From NCBI GenBank assembly GCA_012862495.1, contig BLSG01000357.1:26632-60270 (forward strand): DNA of 33,639 nt, written 5' to 3'. Numbering within the stretch: the stretch's first letter is position 1; each line of letters opens with the position of its first letter. The notes under the pieces are model-generated. The model was not told the DNA's origin. It did not search any database and was given only the letters and a program-made list of their open reading frames with translations. Shown here one piece after another: positions 1 through 9,951 of this stretch. The stretch comes from Thraustochytrium aureum. Lineage: Eukaryota. Made by a program: the position numbers and the translations under genes.

Positions 1-1771
1 CTACGCTTGGGCCGAGGTCAGGGAAATGGCACCCCTTGGTCGCTTTGAGCTGCACGCCGCAGAGGACCATGGCCTGGTCGATGAGGTGGCCCGCGCTGTG
101 GATGCGGGCGTGGAACTCCCTGGCGCGTCGGGCCACTGCCAAGCTCACCGCAGCCCCTTGCGCGATTGAGGCCTTCTCGCCTTCAAATATGCCGTAGTGG
201 TGGACGACACCGTTGAGGTTTGCGACAAACTCCACCAGGAAGACCGCCCCTGTAACCTTGCAGCGGATGCTGCCCGTGTCTGTGGGCTGTCCGCCGCCTT
301 GCGGGTAAAATATTGTCTTGTCGAGCACGAGCGCCATGCGCGGACCCTCGCGGAGCTTTGACTCCCCTTGCCGCTTGCCCTCCTCGCGGTCGTCCTCCTT
401 GACGCCAAGCACATGCGCCTCGGACTCGAGCCGGTAGGTGTCCTCAAAGTACTCGAGCTCGGTTGCTGGGAGCGAGGGCACCTCGGCGTTGCCTTTGCGA
501 GCCCGCTCGGCTTCCGCGCGAATCGCCATGAGCGTTTCCGTGATGGCCGCGCTTGCATCCTGAATGTCTTGCAGAGTGGTGTAGCGCCCAACCGAGAGCC
601 GCAGTGTGCCGAGGGCAAATCGTTCAGGCACTTGCATGGCCTGAAGGACGTGAGAAGCCGCGAGCACTTTTGAACCCGAGTGGCATGCGGCGCCAGCGCT
701 GCAAGAAAGGTATGGTCCCAGTCGGGAAAGAAGGTCTGCAGAGGAAAACCCCGCAAAGCTGACGGAGAGCGTGTTCGGGAGGCGGCGGGAAGGGTGCCCG
801 TTCACCCTGCACTCAACGCCAAGCCGGGACGCGCCTTCTACGATGCGAGACTCGAGACGGTCCCGCAAGCCCTCGAGGTGCTCTTCTTCTTCGCCCCCGT
901 TGAGCGTTGCCAGGTGGCATGCAGCTCCAAGTCCCGTTGCGAGCAAAACGTTTTCCGTGCCGGCGCGACGCCCCGCTTCGTGGCCCGCGCCGTGCATGAG
1001 CGGCTCGAGGCGGCCCGCCGCACGCGGCCCGACGAATAGAGCGCCTACGCCTTTCGGGCCGTAGACCTTGTGACCAGCAAGCGAGAGCAGGTCCACGCCG
1101 AGGGCTTGGACGTCGACCGGGATCTTGCCCAGCGCCTGGCTTGCATCCGTGTGAACGAGGACCATGGGATTGACCTCTCTTGCCGCCTCTGCAATCTCGC
1201 GAAGCGGCTGCAGCGAGCCCACTTCGTTGTTGGCCAGCATGATGCTCACAATCGCCGTTCGAGTTGTTACGGCCTCTCTCACCGCTTGCACGTCAACGCA
1301 GCCGAGCGAGTCGACGCCGACAACCGTCTTGCGAAATCCAAAGTGGTCAACGAGGTGGTCCACCGTCGCGGAGACCGCAACATGCTCGATGGCGCTCGTC
1401 ACGATATGGTTGGCCCAGTCGACAGCGCCGCTCTTCAGATGCTCGCTGCGCGCGGCCAGGCAAACGCCCTTGATGGCATGATTGATGCTCTCTGTGCCGC
1501 CCGACAGGAGCACTACTTGGTCGCTGCGAGCGTTGATCGCGGCAGCGACTTGATTGCGCGCCTTGTCAAGCGCGGCGCGGGCGGCGTGGCCGAAGACGTG
1601 GTTGGAGGAGGGGTTGCCGAACGCGACGAGTGGCTCGAGGGGGCTCACTTGGCCCTCGCCTGGTGTCAGGAGCGCGCTCATCGCGCGGCACACTGCCGGA
1701 TCGAGCGGCGTCGTTGCGTTGTAGTCGAGGTAGATCGGGGCCTTGCGGCCTCCTGCCCCGCTCGTCGCCAT
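1..1771 (-). CDS. Fusion protein: group I NifS-like cysteine desulfurase/selenocysteine lyase (approx. 1771-530) + linker + AlaX-M alanyl-tRNA editing domain (approx. 465-1); 3'-partial
   Basis: Manual translation from ATG at 1771: MATSGAGGRKAPIYLDYNATTPLDP..FGNPSSNH..SGGTESIN..HIVTSAIEHVAV..IMLANNEVGSLQP..HTDASQALGKIPVDV..LAGHKVYGPKGVGAL (PLP Lys)..RAGTENV..SAGAACHS (catalytic Cys)..GTLRLSVGRYTT. It continues without a stop into TELEYFEDTY..LVLDKTIFYPQGGGQPTDTG..HHYG..RIHSAGHLID..KGCHFP. The ATGs at 1771, 529 and 337 are all in the same frame. Confidence 0.93.
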   Translation of the reverse strand, partial: MATSGAGGRKAPIYLDYNATTPLDPAVCRAMSALLTPGEGQVSPLEPLVAFGNPSSNHVFGHAARAALDKARNQVAAAINARSDQVVLLSGGTESINHAIKGVCLAARSEHLKSGAVDWANHIVTSAIEHVAVSATVDHLVDHFGFRKTVVGVDSLGCVDVQAVREAVTTRTAIVSIMLANNEVGSLQPLREIAEAAREVNPMVLVHTDASQALGKIPVDVQALGVDLLSLAGHKVYGPKGVGALFVGPRAAGRLEPLMHGAGHEAGRRAGTENVLLATGLGAACHLATLNGGEEEEHLEGLRDRLESRIVEGASRLGVECRVNGHPSRRLPNTLSVSFAGFSSADLLSRLGPYLSCSAGAACHSGSKVLAASHVLQAMQVPERFALGTLRLSVGRYTTLQDIQDASAAITETLMAIRAEAERARKGNAEVPSLPATELEYFEDTYRLESEAHVLGVKEDDREEGKRQGESKLREGPRMALVLDKTIFYPQGGGQPTDTGSIRCKVTGAVFLVEFVANLNGVVHHYGIFEGEKASIAQGAAVSLAVARRAREFHARIHSAGHLIDQAMVLCGVQLKATKGCHFPDLGPSV

Positions 1772-2857
1772 CGTCGTTGTTCCGTGCCAGCCGTGCAATG
1801 AGCCGAGGGCTTATCTGGCACGAGAGTCTGCTGCCGCTGTTCACGTTTGTAGAACGACTCGGACTCATCAGAAGAGCTCACTCGAGTCGGCAAATGATCC
1901 TGCACNNNNNNNNNNNNNNNNNNNNNNNNNNNNNNNNNNNNNNNNNNNNNNNNNNNNNNNNNNNNNNNNNNNNNNNNNNNNNNNNNNNNNNNNNNNNNNN
2001 NNNNNNNNNNNNNNNNNNNNNNNNNNNNNNNNNNNNNNNNNNNNNNNNNNNNNNNNNNNNNNNNNNNNNNNNNNNNNNNNNNNNNNNNNNNNNNNNNNNN
2101 NNNNNNNNNNNNNNNNNNNNNNNNNNNNNNNNNNNNNNNNNNNNNNNNNNNNNNNNNNNNNNNNNNNNNNNNNNNNNNNNNNNNNNNNNNNNNNNNNNNN
2201 NNNNNNNNNNNNNNNNNNNNNNNNNNNNNNNNNNNNNNNNNNNNNNNNNNNNNNNNNNNNNNNNNNNNNNNNNNNNNNNNNNNNNNNNNNNNNNNNNNNN
2301 NNNNNNNNNNNNNNNNNNNNNNNNNNNNNNNNNNNNNNNNNNNNNNNNNNNNNNNNNNNNNNNNNNNNNNNNNNNNNNNNNNNNNNNNNNNNNNNNNNNN
2401 NNNNNNNNNNNNNNNNNNNNNNNNNNNNNNNNNNNNNNNNNNNNNNNNNNNNNNNNNNNNNNNNNNNNNNNNNNNNNNNNNNNNNNNNNNNNNNNNNNNN
2501 NNNNNNNNNNNNNNNNNNNNNNNNNNNNNNNNNNNNNNNNNNNNNNNNNNNNNNNNNNNNNNNNNNNNNNNNNNNNNNNNNNNNNNNNNNNNNNNNNNNN
2601 NNNNNNNNNNNNGCGCGTGTGGAGCTGTGGATGCTCGCTTTGTGCGTTGTTCTGCGTTGTTCATGTAGGGTAGGGTTGTTTGGTTGGTTTGTGTGGAGAG
2701 CGGGGGCGTGGAAGAGCGTCCATCGAGGGCGAAAGGGCTTCTTGGCGTGTTGGGTGGAGCGGAGGGGAGAGCGCAGGGCGGCAGAGCACCAGACGACGAC
2801 AGGCGCGCAGCAGCAGCAGGAGCAGCAGCAGGAGGACGCAGCAAGTGGCAAGGCATC

Positions 2858-3562
2858 ATGGCTCGTGCGGCGGGTAAGTAGAGGATGTGGGCGGAAGGAG
2901 CGGCGTCGAGCGGCGCGTCGAGCGGCGCGCTTGCTCGCACGTGCCGTCGGCTTGGCGACGTCGGCGCTCGGGTCGAGCGGCTGCGCGCGACCGTGTCACC
3001 GGGCTGGCGCGCTTGAACTGGCCGCGTGGAGGGGCGCTGCGCCGTGGAGGCACGGCGAACATAGATGAGTGGTATTTGCTGACGTACAGTATGACGGCTG
3101 CGCTTTTTTTCGGCGTTGCTCGGCGTTGCGTGGTCACAGGAAACAAGGCTAAGGCTACGGCCGCGGCCAACGCCCAGCGGGGCTCGAACAGCAGCAAGGC
3201 GGTCACCGTGCGCCACAAGGTCCGCTTCTTCCGGCCCATCACCAAGCGTGTCCCACGCTCGCCCAAGTATGTCAACAAGAGCGCCCCCGGGCATCAACAA
3301 GATGGACAAGTTCCGCGTCGTGCGGTACCCGCTCACCACCGAGTCGGCCATGAAGAAGATCGAGGACCACAACACGCTCGTCTTCATCGTTGATGTGCTC
3401 GCGAACAAGCGCCAGATCAAGCAGGCTGTCAAGGACTTGTACTCGATCGACGCGCAGCGTGTCAACACCCTCATCCGCCCGGACGGGCAGAAGAAGGCCT
3501 ACGTCAAGCTCTCTGGCGACGCTGACGCTCTCGACGTCGCTAACCGCATTGGCATCATCTAA
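2858..3562 (+). CDS. RPL23A: 60S ribosomal protein L23a (uL23); exons 2858-2873 and 3140-3562; apparent +1 indel at approx. 3284-3291
   Basis: Spliced N-terminus [35 protein letters not shown], then in the next frame [63 protein letters not shown]. The frame change lies in the run gcgcccccgggc. Confidence 0.96.
2874..3139 (+). other. Spliceosomal intron in RPL23A (266 nt, phase 1)
   Basis: G|GTAAGT donor, candidate branch point GCTGAC at 3078-3083, T-rich tract, CACAG acceptor. Splicing joins ATG 2858 in frame to the uL23 N-terminal extension. Confidence 0.85.
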
Positions 3563-4126
3563 ACGCTTGCTTGTCCCCTTCGGTGCTGTTTTCGCGGTCG
3601 CCCGGCGCTGGGCGCGGCGCGACCGCGGTAGTGGTAACGATTTTTTCTCTTCTTCCTGTTCCTACTCCCGTACTCTGCAGCTTCGAACGGGAGGGTTCCT
3701 TGCCGACTCTCCACAAATCTTTCTAGCACCTCGCTCCAGGGCCGTCCGTCGCCGCAGCACGGGAGCGAGACCAGACTAGCGAGGGTGGTCTGGGTTCGGC
3801 ACGGTTGCTGCAAACACGAGTTGTGGTCTGCGAACACGAGTTCGCAAACCCCAAGCGCGCAGATCTTTAAGGTCAATGCGGGGAGCCGGAAGAGGTGCAA
3901 GAAGAGAGAAAGGGAGGAATGTCACAGTGGCATTGGTTGCGGTTGCAGCCGTCACTTTCGCTGCAGCCTGCGAGCCGCGTTGGCAAGGGGCACGCGGACT
4001 TGAACAGAAAAGCACCAAGAGAGACTTAATCCAGATCAGCAAAAGCGCAAGGAGACCCTCACTAGATTTCAAGCCCCAGCAATGCTCTGGCGGTGGGTGG
4101 GAGGGAAAGCAGCAAGTGAGCATCAA

Positions 4127-4408
4127 TCAGTGCTGGCCACAGTCCACCCCTTTCCGTTTCCACGACCGGTCCGGGGCCTGATTAAGAGCTCCAGAGTAGG
4201 TCTGTGCGCGCGATTCAGCAAAGTTAGCGCGACGGGAGGAAGTCAGCACGAAGGGCGCTGCGGAGCCAAGGCTGGCCGGCATGGCCTTCTGCAACTTACG
4301 ACATAGTTGTTCTCGACATACATGCCCACACTGAACAGGAAGGTGATCGAGACGCCTAGCGCCACGGCAGTGTTGCGTTGCCAGTTCTTCGGCGCCACAT
4401 TCCACCAA
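4127..4408 (-). CDS. Small single-TM mitochondrial complex I accessory subunit, NDUFB1/NUUM-like; 5' exon lies in the gap; exons 4408-4300 and 4201-4127
   Basis: Spliced product (G)WWNVAPKNWQRNTAVALGVSITFLFSVGMYVENNYV/TYSGALNQAPDRSWKRKGVDCGQH* fits the GGW..P.NW..NTA + TM helix signature of this family. Acceptor TGCAG at 4409-4413 with ACTGAC branch point upstream. Confidence 0.7.
   Translation of the reverse strand: MVECGAEELATQHCRGARRLDHLPVQCGHVCREQLCRKLQKAMPASLGSAAPFVLTSSRRANFAESRAQTYSGALNQAPDRSWKRKGVDCGQH
4202..4299 (-). other. Spliceosomal intron (98 nt, phase 0)
   Basis: GTAAGT donor, GCTAAC branch point, CACAG acceptor; removal leaves a 25-codon last exon ending in TGA at 4127. Confidence 0.8.
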
Positions 4409-5140
4409 CTGCACACCAAACCAGCGTCAGTGTCCCGCTCCGTACACCTGCAACAACCTGCACGAGGAGCTCCTCCCGAGGTCCGCACGCCGGCNNNNNN
4501 NNNNNNNNNNNNNNNNNNNNNNNNNNNNNNNNNNNNNNNNNNNNNNNNNNNNNNNNNNNNNNNNNNNNNNNNNNNNNNNNNNNNNNNNNNNNNNNNNNNN
4601 NNNNNNNNNNNNNNNNNNNNNNNNNNNNNNNNNNNNNNNNNNNNNNNNNNNNNNNNNNNNNNNNNNNNNNNNNNNNNNNNNNNNNNNNNNNNNNNNNNNN
4701 NNNNNNNNNNNNNNNNNNNNNNNNNNNNNNNNNNNNNNNNNNNNNNNNNNNNNNNNNNNNNNNNNNNNNNNNNNNNNNNNNNNNNNNNNNNNNNNNNNNN
4801 NNNNNNNNNNNNNNNNNNNNNNNNNNNNNNNNNNNNNNNNNNNNNNNNNNNNNNNNNNNNNNNNNNNNNNNNNNNNNNNNNNNNNNNNNNNNNNNNNNNN
4901 NNNNNNNNNNNNNNNNNNNNNNNNNNNNNNNNNNNNNNNNNNNNNNNNNNNNNNNNNNNNNNNNNNNNNNNNNNNNNNNNNNNNNNNNNNNNNNNNNNNN
5001 NNNNNNNNNNNNNNNNNNNNNNNNNNNNNNNNNNNNNNNNNNNNNNNNNNNNNNNNNNNNNNNNNNNNNNNNNNNNNNNNNNNNNNNNNNNNNNNNNNNN
5101 NNNNNNNNNNNNNNNNNNNNNNNNNNNNNNNNNNNNNNNN

Positions 5141-6054
5141 CAGCGACATTGCGAGGCGGGCCACGTGGAACGGCCTCGCCCTGCAGGGCCGGTCGCTGTG
5201 CACCCCCAGCGGCGCCGCACAAGCCAGAGTCGCAAGCTGCTCCTCTGGACGAGGCGCAGGCAGAGGCCTCCGCGGAAGTCGTGTACCCGAAGGGCGTTGT
5301 GCCACGGCCGCCGCCATCCGAGTACAAGCTTGCGGCCGAGTCGGTCAAGGGCAAGGTCTTCCTCCCGAACGAGGCCATCGACACAATTCGCAAGCTCAAG
5401 CGCGAGCGTAAAATCGACGAGACGATCGAGGTCGCTATCGATCTCCGCCTGGACGTGCGCAAGGCGGACCAGCTCCTCCGTGCCAACTTTGACCTCCCCC
5501 ATTCGCACGGCAGGGAACGGGTGCGGGTGATCGTCTTTTGTGAGCCGGAGCTGGTCAATGCCACGCGCGCTGCCGGCGCCCAGGTCGCTGGCTTAGACGA
5601 CGTCATCGCGTTGATAACGTCGAAAAAGCTCAAGCTGCAAAAGACGGACAAGGTCATTGCCACGCCCGGGGTCATCCGCAAGGTGCAAAAGGAAATCTCA
5701 AAGATCCTCGGCCCAAAGGGTCTTCTGCCGAGCCTCAAGTTTGGCACAGTCGTGGAAAACCCAGCCGAGGAGGTCGAGCGCTTCAAGACCCGCAACGTGC
5801 AGCTGCGCACTGGGCGCTCGCCCGTCGTTCACGTCGCGATCGCCAAGCTCTCGTTTCCGGACGACGTTATTCTGGAAAACCTGCGCGCTACGATGCTCGC
5901 GCTCCTCACCAACAAGCCGCCGGGATCGCGCGGCAAGTACATTCGCTCAGTTTTTCTCGGCGCGACCATGACGCCGTCCGTGGAGCTCGACCTGGCTTAT
6001 GCGGACCCGAGCTCTGCGCTCTTTATGCGCACTGAACGTCTCTCCAAGAACTGA
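5141..6054 (+). CDS. MRPL1: Organellar (probably mitochondrial) ribosomal protein uL1; 5' end in the gap
   Basis: Bacterial-type L1 motifs DETIEVAIDLRLD..LPHSHG..RVIVF..IATP..ILGPKGLLPSLKFGTV..HVAIAKLSF..ENL..KPPGSRGKYIRSVFLGATM, with a long N-terminal extension. Confidence 0.9.
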
Positions 6055-6501
6055 AGCTGAGGTTTCGGCACTGGGTCTGTCCAGTTGCGGCGGGGGGGTA
6101 GACTCTGCGTGCGCGTGCGCGCGCGCACCGTATCCTCTTGCTTTAAAAAGGTCCGATTCTCCCGTTCGCGTATGGTCGTTTTCTTGCCCAGTCCGCCAGA
6201 GAGGCCCGTGGCGGTGCGAAGGCAACAAGTATCAACGCTGTCGCCTCTTTGCTAGCTCGCTTTCTTGATTGCTCCCTGTTGTGCCGCTCGCTCTGCGGTC
6301 CTGGTCGCTACTCGAACCAGGGGCTCGCTTGGCGTCCGTCCTCGAGCCGAATCTCGAAGTCGGGTTGGGCCTTGCGAGTCGGACTAGTAACGGCCATTTC
6401 CCTTGTCCAGCGCCAAATGCAGTTGCGACGCAGCCGCGCTGCGCAGGGACCCGTCGAAGGCCAAGCAGTCGGCTGGTTGCATTAAGCCTTCAGGCGTGGC
6501 G

Positions 6502-8601
6502 ATGGCGACGGCTTCGCGCGACCCGTACGCGCTCTCAGACGAGGAAGACGAGCTCGGGCAGGCCGGGCTCCTCCACGCAGGACGTGGAGCAGCTTCAGCT
6601 GCCGCGCTATGCGAAGCACAAGACTCTTCGAGCGAATCTGAGTCGGGCGAGTCTGACACACACTCGGATGGCTCGAGCTCAAGTGGCTCGAGCTCAAGTG
6701 GCTCGAGGTACTTGCCGTCAAGATCAAGTGCGGGTGCCGTGGAAAGGCCACCAACCAGCCAAGCATTCGCCTGTCCGCACAACGTGCTGGGTTTCGCTGC
6801 AGACGATGACCAAGTCGCTGCCGCCGCCCTCACACAGGCAGCTCGCGGTTCAGGTAGTGTCCGGGTGGGCCAAGGGGTGGGAATCCTGTGCTGCGAAATC
6901 GAGTCCCTCTCCGAAGCGCAAGGGCTCGGCCCGAGCTTTGTTAAAGCGTCATTCGTGGAGCCAGGCGCTGCAAGCAGCGTCATGTTCCGCAGTAAACAGG
7001 TGGTGCACGAGACGCACGTTGGCGAGCCCGCAAGTGTGCAGGTGTGGCATTCCTCGTTTGAGTATGACATTTATCCTCCAGAAGGCAACGTCTGGGGCGC
7101 TCTCCAGGGCGACATACTCTTCACCGTTTACGAGCGAGTGCAAGGGCAACGGAACGTGTTTGTGGGCCAGGTGCTGGTTCCGCTGGGCGACCTCGTTGAT
7201 CGCAGCGCAGACGGCATCGTTCACGGTGGCACCCAGCGGCGCCGCGTCGCTCCGTTTCCCCTCGTGGACAGGTCGGGACGGCCTGTGCGAGCGGAATGCC
7301 ATCTGGCGCTTCNNNNNNNNNNNNNNNNNNNNNNNNNNNNNNNNNNNNNNNNNNNNNNNNNNNNNNNNNNNNNNNNNNNNNNNNNNNNNNNNNNNNNNNN
7401 NNNNNNNNNNNNNNNNNNNNNNNNNNNNNNNNNNNNNNNNNNNNNNNNNNNNNNACAAGTCGAGGCGCAAGCAAACAACATGCGCACCTGGCGCAAAGCA
7501 AGCCAGCGCGTCCGCCAAACAAGCAGATCGAAGGAGGCGCGAGCGCATGTATCGCATCAAAGATATTCACAAAGAAAACAGGGCTATGCAGCGCCGCGTC
7601 GCAGAAGCCAAGCGCCGCGGCGGGGTCGTTGTAGCCGCTGCCATCGGGCCACGGTTGCCGACCCAAAGTTCCAAGCCAGGCGGGGCTCGAATGAGGCAAA
7701 GCAGGCTCGCACCGAAACCCAGGTATGGCGAAAGGGCAACCCGATAGACGAGCAGGGTTTTCGTGGCACGAACGAGCTCGTTGCCCTCTCCCAGGAGGCC
7801 CTGGAGCTGCGCCGCCGCCACGCCGAGCTCGAAAAGCAAAACGCGGCTCTGAGGGCCTCCATCGCACGCGACGAGGGCGTCATCAAGCGGCAGCGACAGC
7901 TCACCGAAAGCCTCGACCAAGCTCGCGCCGAGCAAGCCAGCCGCAACCTGGTACGCCGATCTTCAGTTGGGGCTGGGCCAGCAAGGCGGGTTCGTCACGG
8001 AGCAGCGGGGAGCGCGAGTGAGCTCAACGCGCTTCGCGCGAGGGCCACTCGGGAGCTCGAGAGGTTTCATCAAGCAAGTGAGCGCATCGAAGCCCTCAAG
8101 TACCGACAGCACGAGGCCGCCGCGGCCTCTGCAGCAGCCAAACAAGCCCGCACAGAGGCCCAGATTGCCTTGGCCCGCGTGGAGCGACGCATGCAGCGCA
8201 AAGCCGCTCCAGGAGTCCTTTCTGCGCGTTCCACAAACTCGGCCCTGTCCGGCGCAGACGACGACGGCGACGACAGAGAGGCCCTTCTTGAGGAAAACGA
8301 ACGGAACACGAGGATCGAGCTCGCCGTGGTCCGCCAGGACCTCGCCGATGTGTCGGCGCGGGCTGCATTCGACGAGGCCGGGTTGCGCAAGCAGCTTGAG
8401 ACTCTCGAGGGCAAACTAAAGCGCAAAGAAGCCCGTATCGCGGCAGAGCAGGCGCGCGCAGAGGCTCTTGCAGCTGAGCTTGCTGCTGCCAAGGGAGCCG
8501 CTGCCCAGCGCTCCGATGACCTGCATGCACGAGCGCAGGCGCTCGAGTGGCTCGTCCGCGCCCTCGAAGGTGCAGAGCCGCACCGCAGAAAACACAAATA
8601 A
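6502..8601 (+). CDS. C2-domain plus long coiled-coil protein; internal gap 7313-7455; probable frameshift near 7730
   Basis: Acidic/Ser-rich N-terminus; C2-like beta pattern (PSFVKASFV..FRSKQV..VWHSSFEY..GDILFTVYE..NVFVGQVLVPLGDL); heptad-rich C-terminal half. Just after the gap the more plausible frame (RRRRERMYRIKDIHKENRAMQRRV) differs from the downstream coiled-coil frame. Confidence 0.65.
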   Translation: MATASRDPYALSDEEDELGQAGLLHAGRGAASAAALCEAQDSSSESESGESDTHSDGSSSSGSSSSGSRYLPSRSSAGAVERPPTSQAFACPHNVLGFAADDDQVAAAALTQAARGSGSVRVGQGVGILCCEIESLSEAQGLGPSFVKASFVEPGAASSVMFRSKQVVHETHVGEPASVQVWHSSFEYDIYPPEGNVWGALQGDILFTVYERVQGQRNVFVGQVLVPLGDLVDRSADGIVHGGTQRRRVAPFPLVDRSGRPVRAECHLALXXXXXXXXXXXXXXXXXXXXXXXXXXXXXXXXXXXXXXXXXXXXXXXXQVEAQANNMRTWRKASQRVRQTSRSKEARAHVSHQRYSQRKQGYAAPRRRSQAPRRGRCSRCHRATVADPKFQARRGSNEAKQARTETQVWRKGNPIDEQGFRGTNELVALSQEALELRRRHAELEKQNAALRASIARDEGVIKRQRQLTESLDQARAEQASRNLVRRSSVGAGPARRVRHGAAGSASELNALRARATRELERFHQASERIEALKYRQHEAAAASAAAKQARTEAQIALARVERRMQRKAAPGVLSARSTNSALSGADDDGDDREALLEENERNTRIELAVVRQDLADVSARAAFDEAGLRKQLETLEGKLKRKEARIAAEQARAEALAAELAAAKGAAAQRSDDLHARAQALEWLVRALEGAEPHRRKHK

Positions 8602-8679
8602 TGAAATTGCCAAGGCATTGGCAGCTGTTCGCGGTGCGGGATGGAAGGAGTTGGTCCACATTGCGTTTCGACGGCGCTT

Positions 8680-9378
8680 TCAGGTCGCTAGGTTGCGATT
8701 TTCCTCCGCCTCCAGCACGGCCATGATTCGCATCATTGGGTGACCTTCAAGGTCGACCGTTTCGGCGAGCGCCTTGGCGACGCAGTACCGCATGCGCTCT
8801 AGGGCCTTTGCGCTGGCCTGGAAGGACTCTAGTGACCCATCGCTAAGCTCCATCTCAATGCCGACCTGCGCTTCCGCGAACGGTACTTGCTCCCGCGCGG
8901 ACACCACCGCGTCTACGCGCCAGCGTAGCGCCTCGAGATGGGGCGGCCCAGGTTTTCCGGCCTCGGCGCTGGCCTCGCAAGCCCAGCGCTCCGAGTGGAT
9001 TCGCTCCGCGAAGGCCTCCGCGGTCGCTGGCGGAACGCCGAGCGCCTCAAGGTCTCCCCGGATCTGCTTGCGGCCCACACGCTCGCGCACAGCGCACTGC
9101 ACAATGGTCAGGACGCAGCCGAGGGCTTCCTCGTCGTCCCCGGTCGAGCTCGAGCACTTGCCGTCGACTCGCTCGCCCTTGCAGCGGAGAAGCGACTGCT
9201 CGAGCCACGAGAGCAGCGCGTCCGGCGGCGCCCGTGCGACGCGTGGGAGAGCGGCGGCCACGTGTCTCGGAAGCTGGGCGTCGCCTTTGCGGCCAAGGAA
9301 CGTGCCCGGCGCGAGCGCGGCCTTGGCCCGCTGCTCTGCTTCCCTGAGCAGGTCCGCAGGCGCTGCCCCTGTGAACAT
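8680..9378 (-). CDS. COMMD5: COMM domain-containing protein 5
   Basis: C-terminal COMM domain PHLEALRWRVDAVVS..MELSDGSLESF..ERMRYCVAKALAETVDLE matches the COMMD5 pattern; first in-frame ATG at 9378. Confidence 0.8.
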   Translation of the reverse strand: MFTGAAPADLLREAEQRAKAALAPGTFLGRKGDAQLPRHVAAALPRVARAPPDALLSWLEQSLLRCKGERVDGKCSSSTGDDEEALGCVLTIVQCAVRERVGRKQIRGDLEALGVPPATAEAFAERIHSERWACEASAEAGKPGPPHLEALRWRVDAVVSAREQVPFAEAQVGIEMELSDGSLESFQASAKALERMRYCVAKALAETVDLEGHPMMRIMAVLEAEENRNLAT

Positions 9379-9951
9379 CCCTCGAGCGCGAAGCTGCACC
9401 CGCGACAGGTTGACGGTTCGGGACCGGACGGCTCCGAGTGCCGCGCGAGCCGACGAACGTGGAAACAGGCGGGGCAGGCGTTGCCAGGTGCGGGGGTGTC
9501 AGGGGCGGTGGGCCGTCCGCGCGCAACGGAAGTGCGCGCGTGCGAGTTGGCCAACTCGGCCCGGGCGGGCCCCTTCTCCTTCGCCAAGCCCCGAGAGGGC
9601 CCCGAGAGCGGCTGCGCGGGCGTTCGCGCACTCGAGAGGGTCTGCTCCGACCTGGACTCGGCCTGCCACGGTGACTGCTGAAATCCAATGGGCGCTCTGG
9701 ACGGACAATAGCTCTCGCGGAGACGCACGCCCGTGGTGGTCGGACTCACTCACTGCAGACGCACGACGTCGGTCAAGGATGGAAGGAAGGAAGACCTCAA
9801 ACACGACCTCGGCAAGCAGCGTCGCGAGCGCAGCAGCAGGATCAGCAGCTTTGCAAGGAGCGAGCTCGGAAGACGAGGTAGGCAGTGGATGAAGAGGAGC
9901 GGCTCGCCAACCACAGAGTCCCTGAACGGCACACCGAAGGAAGCCAAGACA

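Noticed and set aside
368..1801. Plus-strand ORFs 368-673, 680-1039 and 1070-1801
   Set aside because: Codon-aligned antisense shadows of the real minus-strand lyase-AlaX gene.
3060..3095. Possible intronic C/D snoRNA, or a poison alternative acceptor (CAG 3087-3089 would give GTA TGA), in the RPL23A intron
   Set aside because: The box C-like AGATGA is imperfect and only about 10 nt from CTGA. The alternative AG lies only about 7 nt after the putative branch A, probably too close to be used.
2858..3562. RPL23A as a pseudogene
   Set aside because: A single homopolymer indel with fully conserved residues, strong codon bias and an intact intron fits a sequencing error better.
1..6054. Apparent translation cluster (AlaX fusion, RPL23A, MRPL1)
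   Set aside because: Mixed strands and compartments; plausible by chance in a compact genome unless synteny data show otherwise.
6106..6128. 23-bp alternating purine-pyrimidine tract (Z-DNA potential)
   Set aside because: Not unexpected in CpG-rich, high-GC DNA; no further evidence of function.
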